Of a DNA stretch of 40,221 nucleotides, positions 28,907 through 39,463 are shown piece after piece (positions within the stretch are counted from its first letter, which is position 1; every line of letters starts with the position of its first letter). This stretch comes from Gemmatimonadaceae bacterium. GTDB taxonomy: Bacteria > Gemmatimonadota > Gemmatimonadetes > Gemmatimonadales > Gemmatimonadaceae. Where the stretch lies: NCBI GenBank assembly GCA_044224875.1, contig JBGAJQ010000048.1:1-40221 (forward strand), read 5' to 3'. Below the pieces are notes generated by a model. That model did not search any database. It worked only from the letters and a program-made list of their open reading frames with translations, and was not told the origin of the DNA. The translations under genes and the position numbers were made by a program.

Positions 28907-31900
28907 CTACCGTCGGCCAGTACTCGACTCCGGCGCCGGAGTCAGGCCCGAAGCTACGATGGGATCGGCGTCGCGCCATAGGGCAGCGACGATGTCGCGC
29001 GCACTCGAAGTGTTTGGCGAGCGCCCATTCACGCGCTCGAGCGAAGACTGCAGCAACCACAGCTGGACCAGCGAACCAACGGACGTAATCTCGCTCGTGA
29101 GCACACGACCCGTGTTCGGCAGACGGCCAAGCGCGGCGTCGACCACCTGCCAGGCACCGAGGGTGTCGGCCAGGCGTAGCCGAGCGCGCGCTTCGATTAG
29201 AACGTACTCCATGCCGGCGTCGCCGGGTCGGTCGGCGGCGCTCTCCGCTGCCAGCGAATCGAGCACGGCCTGCACACCCTTCCGGTCGTTGCGCTCCAGT
29301 GCGACCTGCATGCCGAGATAGCGACTCTCCTTCGCCCGTTGCGTGTGCACGGGGGTCAGGCCGGTCGTTGGGTATGCCAGCGAGACAGGAATGTCGAGCA
29401 GGGCCGCGCGCAGGAACGGCGCCAGCTCGTCGCGCGCGAGCGCATCGATGGCGTGCGCCGTTCGGTCGATCAGGGGGCGCACGATGTCGGCCGGCGCACC
29501 GGCCGACGCGTAAACCGACAGCTCCAACCCGGGGTCTGCCACCGAGATCGGAAAGGAGGCCATGCCGCCGGGCGTCCAGATGGTCTCGTCGCGCGCGGCG
29601 CTGCGCAGCAATTGCGTCGCCAGACGCAACCGCCCGGTCAACATGGCCGCGCTGGCTACCATCTTGGCCTGGGGACCCGTTACGCGACTGGCAAAGGTCG
29701 TCATCGAGTCGGCGAGCGCCTTCGCCGGCTGCGTCAAGGTCAGCTTCACGAGCAGGCGAAGCTGCGTGGCCATGAAGCGCACGCTGTCGGCCGACGTCTG
29801 CGGAAGCGATCGCGCCACCAGAATCTCGCGAAGCGCCGACTCGGCCTGACCGATCGTGTCCAGCTTCGCCTGGTTCTCCAGCGCGAGCGCAAGATGCTCG
29901 TGGGCAAGCGCCGAACGCGGGTTCACGTTCACCCAGTGCGCGGCGAGGGTTCGCAGGAGTTCCCGGTTGCGATCGACCGCAGCGACGTACGAGCGCGGGC
30001 GAGTACCTGGCTTGTTGGCGAAGACGTCGAGCGCCGGCCACGGCACGAGGGATAGCGTGTCCCCCTCTAGGCCGGGATAGGCGGCAAACTCCCTCGCATC
30101 GCCATCGGCCACGCCCGTCGACAGGTCGTTCGGCGTCGCCAGCAACAACCGCTCCAACCGATTGATGGCGGCCCCACCTATGGCGGCACCGAAGGAGGGT
30201 GCGAGGGTCATGGCACGCGCGTAGGCATTGACGGCGGCATGCGCACTGGCACGGAAACTCCAGCGCGATGGACTCCGCTCGTCGCGGATCACGCGTCGAT
30301 CGCGCATGAGGCAGTCGCCCTTGCCAAACCACGCCTCGAAGTCCAGCGAGTCGTTTGCGACAAGCCGATCGTACGCGACACAGGCGAGTGGGTACTGACC
30401 GCGGGCGAGGGCCAATAGCGCTGCCGCCAAACGCTGCTCGCGATCGGTGAGGCTTGGCCCGCGAGCCACCGCGCGGGCGGCGGGCGCCTCCCACGAGCGC
30501 GCGTCGCGGCCGAGCCACGAGAGGGCCTGCGCCTGCCAATACTGCGCACGGGCGAAGGTCGAGTCGAGTTGCGCCGCGCGTGCAAAGAGGTCGACCGCCG
30601 AGTCCAGGTTGAAGCTGCTCAACTGTGCATGGCCCGCCAGGTAGGTCGCCAGCGCATTCGCATCGCGCGTGCCCGCCAGACGCGGACCAGTCTCGCCGCC
30701 CACCACGCGCGTCAACAGGTCGTCCGTCATGGCTGTCACGCTGTCGAGCACGGGACTGCCGTTGGCGAGCAGGGTGCGCGACGTGGCCAGTGGCTCACTC
30801 GGGCGCCCCACAGCCGCAAACACGGACACCCGCACCTCGGAGCCGTTCCCCGCCGGGCTCACGGTCCCCCAGACAAGCCGCCCAGCACCTAACGAGCGAG
30901 CAACGGCGAGGGCCTCGGTCAGGTTCAACGGTCCGGCGCCCCGCCGCGCAACGGCATCTCGCACGCGCATATCGTCCGCCAGGCGCACACCCCGCCACTG
31001 AGTGAAGGCCTCGGTCACCAACCGCGCCGCGCCAACGCCGTCGACGCCGCCAGCCGCTGGCGCAGCGGCATCGGCGAACGGCAACACAGCGAAGAGGCCT
31101 GCGTCGAGGGGCTCGCGATCCGAGCGCAGGTATCGCACCGCTCCCGCGGCAAGAACGATCGACCCCACGACGACCGACCCGATGACTCGACGAACGCGCG
31201 GGCTGCGACTACGCGGCGCCGCCGTGGCCGCGCCCAACGCCTCGGAAAATTCCGTGGCATTGGCAAAGCGGTCCTGCGGCTTGAGGGCGAGCGCACGCAT
31301 GACGGCAGCCGACAACAGGGGACTCAGGCTCGGGACGACTTCGCGAATCGCGCGCGGGGGCTCCGTCAGTCTCGCGGCCAACATGGATCGAATGGAGGGC
31401 CCGGCGTGCGGCGCCTGACCGGAAAGCATCTCGTACAACACGCAGCCGAGGCTGTAGACGTCGGACTGCTCCGTGAGCTCGTGTTCTCCACTGGCTTGCT
31501 CGGGACTCATGTAGGCCGGCGTACCCACCGCGATTCCGCTCGCTGTAGTTGCGCCAGTGGTCGCGGCATGGAGCGCGCGTGCGATGCCAAAGTCTCCGAC
31601 GAGCGCGTGACCGGCGGACAGCAGGATGTTTTCGGGCTTGATGTCCCGATGCAGGACGTCGTGACCGTGCGCGTAGGACAAGGCGCCACACACTTCACGA
31701 GCAATGGCCACCGCCTCTGCAGGACTGAGTCTGCCGTCGTTCCGAAGCCGTTCGCGCAACGTGGCCCCTTCAACGAATGGCATGACGTAGTACAGTCCGC
31801 CTGCTGCCTCGCCCGAGTCGAACAACGGCAGAATGTGCGGATGCTGCAGGCGCGCGACTACGGCAATTTCACGGAGGAACCGGTCGCCCTCGATGGCACC

Positions 31901-32056
31901 AAGATGTTCGGGCCGAAGCGCCTTGATCGCCACCGGGCGAGCATGACGCTCGTCGGTGGCGCGATAGACCAGCGACATGGATCCGGAGCTGAGCTCCTGC
32001 TCGATCGCATACCGCCCCGTAAGAGCCGCTTGCAACTCATCGCGGAATGCGGGCAT
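28907..32056 (-). CDS. Membrane Hanks-type Ser/Thr protein kinase with TolB-N-like and TPR extracytoplasmic region
   Basis: VAIK, HPHILPLFDSGE, HRDIKPEN, DFG, GTPAYMSPEQ and SDVYSLG; TM; AVLPF; TPR-like helices. Confidence 0.93.
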   Translation of the reverse strand: MPAFRDELQAALTGRYAIEQELSSGSMSLVYRATDERHARPVAIKALRPEHLGAIEGDRFLREIAVVARLQHPHILPLFDSGEAAGGLYYVMPFVEGATLRERLRNDGRLSPAEAVAIAREVCGALSYAHGHDVLHRDIKPENILLSAGHALVGDFGIARALHAATTGATTASGIAVGTPAYMSPEQASGEHELTEQSDVYSLGCVLYEMLSGQAPHAGPSIRSMLAARLTEPPRAIREVVPSLSPLLSAAVMRALALKPQDRFANATEFSEALGAATAAPRSRSPRVRRVIGSVVVGSIVLAAGAVRYLRSDREPLDAGLFAVLPFADAAAPAAGGVDGVGAARLVTEAFTQWRGVRLADDMRVRDAVARRGAGPLNLTEALAVARSLGAGRLVWGTVSPAGNGSEVRVSVFAAVGRPSEPLATSRTLLANGSPVLDSVTAMTDDLLTRVVGGETGPRLAGTRDANALATYLAGHAQLSSFNLDSAVDLFARAAQLDSTFARAQYWQAQALSWLGRDARSWEAPAARAVARGPSLTDREQRLAAALLALARGQYPLACVAYDRLVANDSLDFEAWFGKGDCLMRDRRVIRDERSPSRWSFRASAHAAVNAYARAMTLAPSFGAAIGGAAINRLERLLLATPNDLSTGVADGDAREFAAYPGLEGDTLSLVPWPALDVFANKPGTRPRSYVAAVDRNRELLRTLAAHWVNVNPRSALAHEHLALALENQAKLDTIGQAESALREILVARSLPQTSADSVRFMATQLRLLVKLTLTQPAKALADSMTTFASRVTGPQAKMVASAAMLTGRLRLATQLLRSAARDETIWTPGGMASFPISVADPGLELSVYASAGAPADIVRPLIDRTAHAIDALARDELAPFLRAALLDIPVSLAYPTTGLTPVHTQRAKESRYLGMQVALERNDRKGVQAVLDSLAAESAADRPGDAGMEYVLIEARARLRLADTLGAWQVVDAALGRLPNTGRVLTSEITSVGSLVQLWLLQSSLERVNGRSPNTSSARDIVAALWRDADPIVASGLTPAPESSTGRR

Positions 32057-32084
32057 GCCCCTCCCTGTCGCCTCGCACGCCTAG

Positions 32085-32113
32085 AGTATATGCGCGGTGC
32101 GCTGCTCCGTTAA
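32085..32113 (-). promoter_or_regulatory. Putative sigma70 promoter of the kinase
   Basis: TTAACG, 17 nt spacer, TATACT; GGGAGGG RBS downstream. Confidence 0.5.
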
Positions 32114-32139
32114 GCGAGGGGGCCCCTCCCGCGCCCACG

Positions 32140-33048
32140 TCACTTCACTTTCGCTTGGGCCAGCGGTCGCGCGTACGCATTCGTGGGATTGTGCATGTTG
32201 TACGTCAGCACCTGCTTCCAATAACCCATCGCCTGCGTTGCGTCTCCCAATTGTTCGTGTGCCTGCGCCAACAGGGCGAGGATGAAGGGGTCACGCTGAT
32301 TTCCCTTGGTTAAGTCAGCGATCGCCGCGCGAAAGTCCTTGTTGTAGAACGCGACATATCCCGTCAGATACGACACGAACGGCGCCTGGTCTGGGATTCG
32401 GCCGCGGTCAAAGGCGGCCTTGGCGGCGTTGACGTGCGTCGCGGCCTCGGTCGCACTCCCCCGACGCGCTGCGATACGTGCCAGCGCGTTCTCGTAGCGA
32501 AAGGCCCACAAGTCCTTCGCCGAATCGGGGAGCGCCGGTTGCCGCAGCGCGTACTCGTAACCTTGCTTGTACCACGCCTGTGCCTCATCGAGCGCATTCG
32601 ACTCGATCAGCACTCGCGCCACCTCGTTGGTGACCTCAGCGGCGGCATTGTAATCGCCAGCAGCAACGGCCAGATCCACCGCCCGCTTGCCGTACGGAAT
32701 GGCTTCCGTGCCGCGCCGGTCAAAGAGGAACGAGATCGCCATGGAGCGAAGCGCGCCACCCTTCTGTTGAGGTGAGGCCAGTTCGATCGCCTGGCTCAGG
32801 TGCTTACGCGCTTCGTCGTAGCGGCCGAGAAGGTCCAACACGGCCCCTGCGCCGGCGTGGGCATCGTACATGGCGGGAGACAGGGCCATGGCCTGTTGGT
32901 ACAGCTGCAAGGCCTCGTGTCCCTTTCCCTGATTGTTGAGCTGGCGAGCCTGTCGCACGAGCGCGCTTGCCGAATCGGCTTGCGCCCCAGCGGCGCTCGT
33001 CGCAACCATCGCACAGGAGATAACAGCACCGAGTCGGAGGAGTCGCAT
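32140..33048 (-). CDS. Exported tetratricopeptide-repeat protein
   Basis: Signal peptide (AxA-type cleavage) and tandem TPR-like repeats. Confidence 0.85.
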   Translation of the reverse strand: MRLLRLGAVISCAMVATSAAGAQADSASALVRQARQLNNQGKGHEALQLYQQAMALSPAMYDAHAGAGAVLDLLGRYDEARKHLSQAIELASPQQKGGALRSMAISFLFDRRGTEAIPYGKRAVDLAVAAGDYNAAAEVTNEVARVLIESNALDEAQAWYKQGYEYALRQPALPDSAKDLWAFRYENALARIAARRGSATEAATHVNAAKAAFDRGRIPDQAPFVSYLTGYVAFYNKDFRAAIADLTKGNQRDPFILALLAQAHEQLGDATQAMGYWKQVLTYNMHNPTNAYARPLAQAKVK

Positions 33049-33192
33049 TGGCGTTGGCGGTGGAGGATCCTTGCTCGTTGTGAGCCAGCCTCAAGGTACT
33101 GGTTCGCACGTCCCGGCGGAGGGCATCTCGTTTCGGAAGGTACTCGCTACATTCCGCTGATTCCATCACCGTCAGCTGCCCTCGCAAGTTCC

Positions 33193-34259
33193 GTGATCAT
33201 CAACGTCCTGTTGCTCTTCGTGCCGCTCTCGCTGTTGCTCCGGTACCTGTGGCATGCCCCTCAGGTCTGGGTGTTTTTCGCCGGAGTGATCGCGATCATA
33301 CCGTTGGCTGACTGGATCCGGAGGGCCACCGAGCACCTCGCCCATCGCGCCGGTTCGGCCATTGGCGGCCTCCTCAACGTGACGCTTGGAAACATGGCCG
33401 AGTTGATCATCGCGCTCTTCGTGCTCGCCGATGGTCATACCGAGGTGGTGAATGCGCAGATCACCGGTTCATTAATCGGCAACTCATTGCTTGGCCTTGG
33501 ACTCGCGGCCTTCGCCGGTGGCTGGGGGCGAGAGTCGCAGAAGTTGGCGCAGCGCGGGCCGGATTGTTAGGCAGTCTGCTGGTCCTGTCCGTCATTGCCC
33601 TGCTGATCCCGGCGCTGTTCGACTACACCGAACGCGGCGTGCTGCACGTGAGCGATCCGTCCCGGCTGAACGAAGGGCTGAGCCTCGGCGTGTCGGTGGT
33701 CCTGATCATCGTCTACGTTGCCAACATCGTCTACACGCTGGTCACTCACCGGGACGTGTTTGCCTTCACGGACGAACCGGCTACGCACGTGGTCTGGCCC
33801 TTGTCACGCACGCTCGGCGTCCTGGCCGGCGTCACCGCGCTCATTGCCGTAGAGGCAGAGCTGGTATCTGGCGCCCTCGAGGCGACAGCGCAAAGCCTCG
33901 GACTTACAGATTTCTTCATCGGTCTCATCGTACTGGCCGTGGTCGGAAATGCGGCGGAATACATATCGGCCGTGTACTTCGCCAGACGCGACCGGATGGG
34001 ACTCGTCATGACCATCACGGTCGGCTCGACGATTCAAGTGGCGCTGCTAACAGCTCCCCTGCTCGTGATCATCTCATTTATCCTCGGCCGCCCCATGACC
34101 CTCGTCTTTTCCAACCCGTTAGAGCTGGCGGCTATCGCGGCTGTCGCCATGGCGGTGAATGGCATTGCGCAGGACGGCGAAACGACATGGTTCGAGGGAC
34201 TTCTGTTGCTGGCCGTTTACGTCGTATTCGGCATCGCCTTCTTCTTCGTCGGCCGCTAG
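33193..34259 (+). pseudogene. Ca2+/H+ antiporter (CAX/ChaA family), split by a 1-nt frameshift
   Basis: [15 protein letters not shown] and GSLIGNSLL are in one frame; [16 protein letters not shown] and WFEG are in another. Adding one base at AAGTT^GGC (about 33545) gives [16 protein letters not shown]. Confidence 0.85.
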
Positions 34260-34344
34260 CGCGCCGCAGTTCGTCGACTTGCGGCTTGGGGAAGGTCGCC
34301 GCTGTTCGAGGCGCACCCGGCCCTGAGCAGCCGACACCTCGACC

Positions 34345-34376
34345 GTGCCTTTGGTGGTGGCGCCAAAGGCACTTCT
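34345..34376 (+). terminator. Putative intrinsic terminator after cax
   Basis: GTGCCTTTGG-N8-CCAAAGGCAC followed by TTCT. Confidence 0.5.
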
Positions 34377-34442
34377 AGGCGTTTCGCATCCGGGAGGCGA
34401 CGGCACGTCGGGAGCGATCGTTCGCCGTCCAATCGGCGTGTA

Positions 34443-34529
34443 CGGACAGGGCGGGATTCGAACCCGCGAGTGAGTTTCCCCACCACACGCTTTCCAGGCG
34501 TGCGCCTTAAGCCACTCGGCCACCTGTCC
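34443..34529 (-). tRNA. tRNA-Ser(GGA)
   Basis: GGACAGG/CCTGTCC acceptor stem, anticodon loop CT-GGA-AA, long variable arm, GGTTCGAATCC T-arm. CCA not encoded. Confidence 0.96.
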
Positions 34530-34608
34530 TCGGAACGACAGAGGGCAAGAAGGGAGGACGGTGCCTCACAGCCCTCTTGCCCTCCGGGAAGTCAGTTCGT
34601 GATGCGGA

Positions 34609-34695
34609 CGGACAGGGTGGGATTCGAACCCACGGTACGGTTACCCGTACACCGGTTTTCGAGACCGGCTCCTTCAGCCACTCGGACACCTGTCC
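34609..34695 (-). tRNA. tRNA-Ser(CGA)
   Basis: GGACAGG/CCTGTCC acceptor stem, CCGGT-CT-CGA-AA-ACCGG anticodon arm, long variable arm, GGTTCGAATCC. CCA not encoded. Confidence 0.96.
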
Positions 34696-34708
34696 GGAAA
34701 AGCCTTGA

Positions 34709-34737
34709 ACCTTATTCAGTTGCGAGATCGGAGTCAA
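34709..34737 (-). promoter_or_regulatory. sigma70 promoter of the tRNA-Ser pair
   Basis: TTGACT, 17 nt spacer, TAAGGT; 13 nt upstream of tRNA-Ser(CGA). Confidence 0.75.
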
Positions 34738-34917
34738 CGCGCTTCGCTACCCGTCGGCGGCTCAGTGCGCACGCCTTCCGCCGTCCTCGCGCCTTGATCT
34801 CATCCCCACGCGCGCTTGGCACCCCGCGCCCTACGGCCGCTCTGGAGTAACTCCGGCACAGCGGCGCAACCTGCAGATGCCATCAGGTTCGGCGACCATC
34901 ACGCGACGCGTGACCCG

Positions 34918-36135
34918 TTAGACGATCTGCACGCGCGCCGTCCGCTCTGGCGTCACCAATCCCCTCACGCCGAGCGGCCGCGTGCCGGCGTTCGGATCAG
35001 ACCGAGTGATGACGCGGTCCCGGCCGCTCGCTTTTGCCTGGCGAAGGCGCTCGTCAGCCGCCGCGAACAGTTCGCGCAGCGCGTCACCATCGGTAGGTGA
35101 CGCGGCGACGCCGCCAGACAACGTCAGGCGAATGGTCTCGCCATTCGGAAGGCGGATGGCGCTCGCCGCAACGGCGGCTCGCAGTAGATCGACCTTGCGG
35201 AACGCATCGTTTGAGCCGGTCTCCGGCAAGACCAACACAAACTCCTCCCCGCCCCAGCGTGCGACAATATCAGACCCTCTCACCGCGCTACGCAGGACGC
35301 CAGCAATTGACCGAAGCGCCGCGTCGCCGGCCTCGTGACCATGCACGTCGTTGACGCTCTTGAAATGATCGAGGTCGACGAGGGCGAGGGACACGGGGAG
35401 CCCGCTGCGCCGGGAGCGCAGCAGTTCTTCCTCGAGTCGTTCTTCGAAGTAGGCTCGATTGCTGATGCCAGTGAGGGCATCGTGCGTCGACGTGAACCGC
35501 AGTCGCACGCTTTGCCGAATGATGGCCATGGCCACGACCGTGAAGGCGGCCAGAAACACGACGCGTCCAAACTGCTGACCCCAATCAAACTGTCCGTGTC
35601 CGATGACGTCCTCGCTGGGGAGCGCCGGCCACTGCCAGGCGGCCACCGTCACGATCCCGAGGTACTGCACCACCGCAAGGGCGCCCGCAGTGATGCAGAT
35701 GCGGACATCCCAACGCAGGCACGTCGCGCCTAACGCGAGGAAGTACGCCATGAACGCAGTTCGACTGTTCACGGCGGTCGAAGGCATTCCCATCAACAAG
35801 AAGGCCAATTGCGTGCCGCTGACGAGGGTCACGTCGAAAACGGACGTGATGACTCCGAGCCGTGGAACGCGTGTGCTCGATCGCACGACACGCAGGATGA
35901 CGGCGGCAGCGAGGAACGAGATGAGTGTCGCTCCCAGGGCGATCAGATTCTCCGGTCCCCGCGGATTGACGATCAGGCTCATGACGGGGACAAGCACGAT
36001 GACGACGCTGAGCCAGAAACGCACTCGCGCCACAAGGAGCTCGCCAGCCGCCCCGGCGTCGATCAGTGCGGGGTCTGTTGGCGCGGTGAGGAGCTCTCGC
36101 CAGAACGTCGTGGCCGGATGCGGGTTTTGTCTCAT
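34918..36135 (-). CDS. Polytopic membrane diguanylate cyclase
   Basis: About 6 TM segments, HDALTGISNR, DLDHFKSVND, RGSD I-site and GGEEF. Confidence 0.92.
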   Translation of the reverse strand: MRQNPHPATTFWRELLTAPTDPALIDAGAAGELLVARVRFWLSVVIVLVPVMSLIVNPRGPENLIALGATLISFLAAAVILRVVRSSTRVPRLGVITSVFDVTLVSGTQLAFLLMGMPSTAVNSRTAFMAYFLALGATCLRWDVRICITAGALAVVQYLGIVTVAAWQWPALPSEDVIGHGQFDWGQQFGRVVFLAAFTVVAMAIIRQSVRLRFTSTHDALTGISNRAYFEERLEEELLRSRRSGLPVSLALVDLDHFKSVNDVHGHEAGDAALRSIAGVLRSAVRGSDIVARWGGEEFVLVLPETGSNDAFRKVDLLRAAVAASAIRLPNGETIRLTLSGGVAASPTDGDALRELFAAADERLRQAKASGRDRVITRSDPNAGTRPLGVRGLVTPERTARVQIV

Positions 36136-36187
36136 CCCATACTGATTGGTTTCACCCGCTCGCGGTCACAGATCGGCCATTGGCGGG

Positions 36188-36682
36188 TTAAGCCCTCAGC
36201 TCAGAGAAGAAGGCGCGGAGCAGATCGCCGCATTCGGCCTCCAGCACACCTCCCTTCACCTCGGGGCGGTGGTTGAGCTGCCGGTGGCGCAACAAGTCTT
36301 CTACGGACCCGGCCATTCCCGCCTTCGGGTCCCAGGCACCAAACACAACGCGACCGACGCGGGCCAGCACGATGGCCCCGGCGCACATCGCGCAGGGTTC
36401 AAGGGTGACATACAGCTCGCAGCCATCCAGGCGCCAGGCGCCTAACGTCGCGGCGGCCTGCTGGATGGCGACGGTTTCGGCATGTGCCACTGGGTTCCGG
36501 TCCCGCACCGTGCAATTGGCGCCGCGCCCTACCACCAGTCCATCTCGAACGACCACGGCCCCCACCGGAACGTCGCCGGCCTGCCCCGCGACTCGCGCGA
36601 GGCTCAGGGCCTCGCGCATCCAGTGCTCGTCGCCCGCGACACGACCGGCGGGCGCCGGCGGACCGGCGGCCTCGTCAGGCAT
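36188..36682 (-). CDS. tadA: tRNA-specific adenosine-34 deaminase
   Basis: [27 protein letters not shown] and LNH. Start overlaps the end of clpB. Confidence 0.94.
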   Translation of the reverse strand: MPDEAAGPPAPAGRVAGDEHWMREALSLARVAGQAGDVPVGAVVVRDGLVVGRGANCTVRDRNPVAHAETVAIQQAAATLGAWRLDGCELYVTLEPCAMCAGAIVLARVGRVVFGAWDPKAGMAGSVEDLLRHRQLNHRPEVKGGVLEAECGDLLRAFFSELRA

Positions 36683-39290
36683 GCGCCGGTTCAGCGGCCG
36701 GCATCTCGCCCTTCCGGAAGACGAACGCATCACCGTCAATGTCCGCGAGAATGCGATCACCCTCCGTGAACCCTCCCTCCAGCACCGCCATGGCCAGGGG
36801 GTTCTGCAGCAACCGCTGGATGGCGCGCTTCAGGGGCCGCGCACCGAACGACGGGTCATAGCCCTCATCGGCGAGATACGCCGTGGCAGCTGGCGTCAAC
36901 TCCAACGTCAACTTGCGCTCGGCAAGGAGCTTGCGCAGTCTCGTCAGCTGCAATTCCACGATCGAGCCGATGTGTTCCTTGCTGAGTGGATGGAAGACGA
37001 TGATGTCGTCCACCCGATTCAGGAATTCCGGCTTGAACGTCTGCCGGAGGACCGTTTGGACCTGCGTCTCCACCAGTGCCCAGTCGGTGGCGGCATGTTC
37101 GAGAATGAAGCCGGAGCCCACGTTCGACGTCATGATGATGACGACATTCCGGAAGTCCACGGTACGACCCTGCGAGTCCGTCAACCGTCCGTCGTCCAGG
37201 ATCTGCAGCAGGATGTTGAAGACGTCTGGGTGGGCCTTCTCGATCTCGTCGAACAGTACGACCTGGTACGGCCGCCGGCGCACCGCTTCGGTGAGCTGGC
37301 CACCTTCTTCATAGCCGACGTAACCGGGAGGCGCGCCAATCAAGCGTGCCACCGCATGCTTCTCCATGTACTCGGACATGTCGATGCGCACCATGGCCTG
37401 TTCATCGTCGAACAAGAACTCGGCGAGCGCCCGCGCCGTTTCTGTCTTCCCAACCCCGGTGGGGCCAAGGAAGATGAACGACCCGATCGGTCGGTTGGGA
37501 TCCTGGAGACCGGCTCGTGAGCGGCGCACCGCATTGGAAACGGCCTCTACCGCTTCTGCCTGCCCAATGACCCGTCGCGCCAGCTCCTCTTCCAGCTTGG
37601 TGAGGCGTTCGCGTTCGCTCTCCATCATGCGGGTGACGGGAATTCCCGTCCACCGCGACACGACTTCGGCGATATCGTCGGCCGTGACTTCCTCCTTCAG
37701 GAACCGCGGCCCCGAGGCCTGTCGCGAGGCGAGTTGGGCTTCGACCTCTTTCATCTTCCGTTCGAGCTGCGGGATGGTGCCGTACTGGATCTCCGCCGCC
37801 CGGCCGAGGTCCCCTGAGCGTGTCGCCTGCTCGGCGGCCACCCGCGCGTCCTCCACCTGCTGCTTGATTTGCCCCACGGCGCCTAACGTCTCCTTTTCGC
37901 GTTGCCACTGGGCCTTCATGGCGGACGACCGCTCTTTCTCCTCGGCCAACTCGCGTTCGAGTGTCTGGCGACGTTCGACCGCTGCCGGATCCTTCTCCTT
38001 CGCCAATGCCTGACGCTCGATTTCGAGCTGCACGACATGTCGTTCGACTTCGTCGATTTCCTGGGGCATGGAGTCGATCTCGATGCGCAGGCGGGACGCC
38101 GCCTCGTCCACGAGGTCGATTGCCTTATCCGGCAGGAACCGGTCGCCGATGTATCGATTGGACAGCGTGGCGGCGGCCACGATCGCGCCGTCGGTGATCC
38201 GCACGCCGTGGTGGGCCTCGTAGCGCTCCTTGAGTCCGCGCAAGATCGCGATGGAGCTCTCCACCGTCGGTTCGCCGACGTACACCGGCTGGAACCGTCG
38301 CTCCAACGCGGGGTCCTTCTCCACGTGCTTGCGATACTCATCCAGCGTCGTGGCGCCTACAACTCGCAATTCGCCGCGCGCGAGCATCGGCTTGAGCATG
38401 TTGCCGGCATCCATGGAGCCCTCAGCCTTTCCAGCTCCAACGATCGTATGCAACTCGTCGATGAAGACGATGAACAGGCCTTCCGCGTCCGTAATCTCCT
38501 TGAGCACCGCCTTGAGCCGTTCCTCGAATTCGCCACGGAACTTGGCGCCGGCGATCAGGGCCCCCAGGTCGAGTGCGATCAACCGCTTGTTCTTGAGACT
38601 CTCCGGTACGTCCCCATTCACGATCCGCTGGGCCAATCCTTCGGCGATCGCCGTCTTGCCAACGCCGGGCTCACCAATCAACACGGGGTTGTTCTTCGTC
38701 CGTCGCGAGAGAACCTGCATAACGCGACGAATCTCTTCGTCCCGGCCGATGACGGGGTCCAACTTCCCCTTGCGCGCGGCCTCGGTGAGGTCGCGCGTAA
38801 AGCGCTGGAGCGCCTGGTACTTCTCCTCGGGTGTCTGGTCCGTGACCTTGTGCGAGCCCCGCACCGCCTTGAGCGCCTCGAGCAGGTCGCCACGTCCAGC
38901 CCCAACGGCACCGAGCAGCGTCTTGGACTCGGCCCCTTTGGTGTCGGCGAGACCAAGGAGGAGATGCTCGGTGGAAATGAAGTCGTCGCCAAGCGAGCGC
39001 GCGTCTTCTTCGGCCCGATCGATCACCTGATTGAGCTCGCGAGAGAGCGTCGGCTGCGCACCGGTCTGTGTAGGGTAGCGACCGATGTCCCGCTCCACCC
39101 CTGCGGCAAGGGAATCGACATTCACGCCGACCTTCTGCAGGATCGGCGTGACGATTCCCTCTTCCTGCTTTAGCAGTGCCTGCAGCAAGTGCAGGTCATA
39201 GACCAATGGATTCCCGTTCTTCCGGGCAATCGCCAGCGCCTCGTTGAGGGCCTCGGCGGATTTTACGGTGAGCTTGTCAGGATTGATCAT
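36675..39290 (-). CDS. clpB: ATP-dependent chaperone ClpB
   Basis: Two AAA modules ([16 protein letters not shown]), long coiled-coil middle domain, [10 protein letters not shown]. Start placed at MINPDKLT. Confidence 0.97.
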   Translation of the reverse strand: MINPDKLTVKSAEALNEALAIARKNGNPLVYDLHLLQALLKQEEGIVTPILQKVGVNVDSLAAGVERDIGRYPTQTGAQPTLSRELNQVIDRAEEDARSLGDDFISTEHLLLGLADTKGAESKTLLGAVGAGRGDLLEALKAVRGSHKVTDQTPEEKYQALQRFTRDLTEAARKGKLDPVIGRDEEIRRVMQVLSRRTKNNPVLIGEPGVGKTAIAEGLAQRIVNGDVPESLKNKRLIALDLGALIAGAKFRGEFEERLKAVLKEITDAEGLFIVFIDELHTIVGAGKAEGSMDAGNMLKPMLARGELRVVGATTLDEYRKHVEKDPALERRFQPVYVGEPTVESSIAILRGLKERYEAHHGVRITDGAIVAAATLSNRYIGDRFLPDKAIDLVDEAASRLRIEIDSMPQEIDEVERHVVQLEIERQALAKEKDPAAVERRQTLERELAEEKERSSAMKAQWQREKETLGAVGQIKQQVEDARVAAEQATRSGDLGRAAEIQYGTIPQLERKMKEVEAQLASRQASGPRFLKEEVTADDIAEVVSRWTGIPVTRMMESERERLTKLEEELARRVIGQAEAVEAVSNAVRRSRAGLQDPNRPIGSFIFLGPTGVGKTETARALAEFLFDDEQAMVRIDMSEYMEKHAVARLIGAPPGYVGYEEGGQLTEAVRRRPYQVVLFDEIEKAHPDVFNILLQILDDGRLTDSQGRTVDFRNVVIIMTSNVGSGFILEHAATDWALVETQVQTVLRQTFKPEFLNRVDDIIVFHPLSKEHIGSIVELQLTRLRKLLAERKLTLELTPAATAYLADEGYDPSFGARPLKRAIQRLLQNPLAMAVLEGGFTEGDRILADIDGDAFVFRKGEMPAAEPAHA

Positions 39291-39339
39291 TGCGACGCGA
39301 TCCCTCGAGGGCGTAGGAGCTAATTGGCGAGATGAGAAT

Positions 39340-39355
39340 GGCAACCGCAATGCCC
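39340..39355 (-). promoter_or_regulatory. Putative sigma54 -24/-12 promoter of clpB
   Basis: Minus strand reads GGGCATTGCGGTTGCC (GG-N10-GC with TTGC), about 50 nt upstream of the ATG. Confidence 0.5.
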
Positions 39356-39463
39356 GGCGCGTGCGCCGAAGTGACCGGAAGCGGCGAGCTTGGATTTGCC
39401 AGAGCGAGCAGAGACTGCCTAACTGGCACCGCCGCGCTCGGCAAACTAGACTCCGTCGAACCT

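Noticed and set aside
32800..33192. Upstream extension of the cax ORF
   Set aside because: Overlaps the TPR gene on the opposite strand; CAX-like sequence begins near 33193.
34260..34443. Integrative element or att site at tRNA-Ser
   Set aside because: No integrase and no duplicated tRNA 3' end found in the window.
34119..34850. Small ORFs across the tRNA region
   Set aside because: They are translations of the tRNA genes and their spacer.
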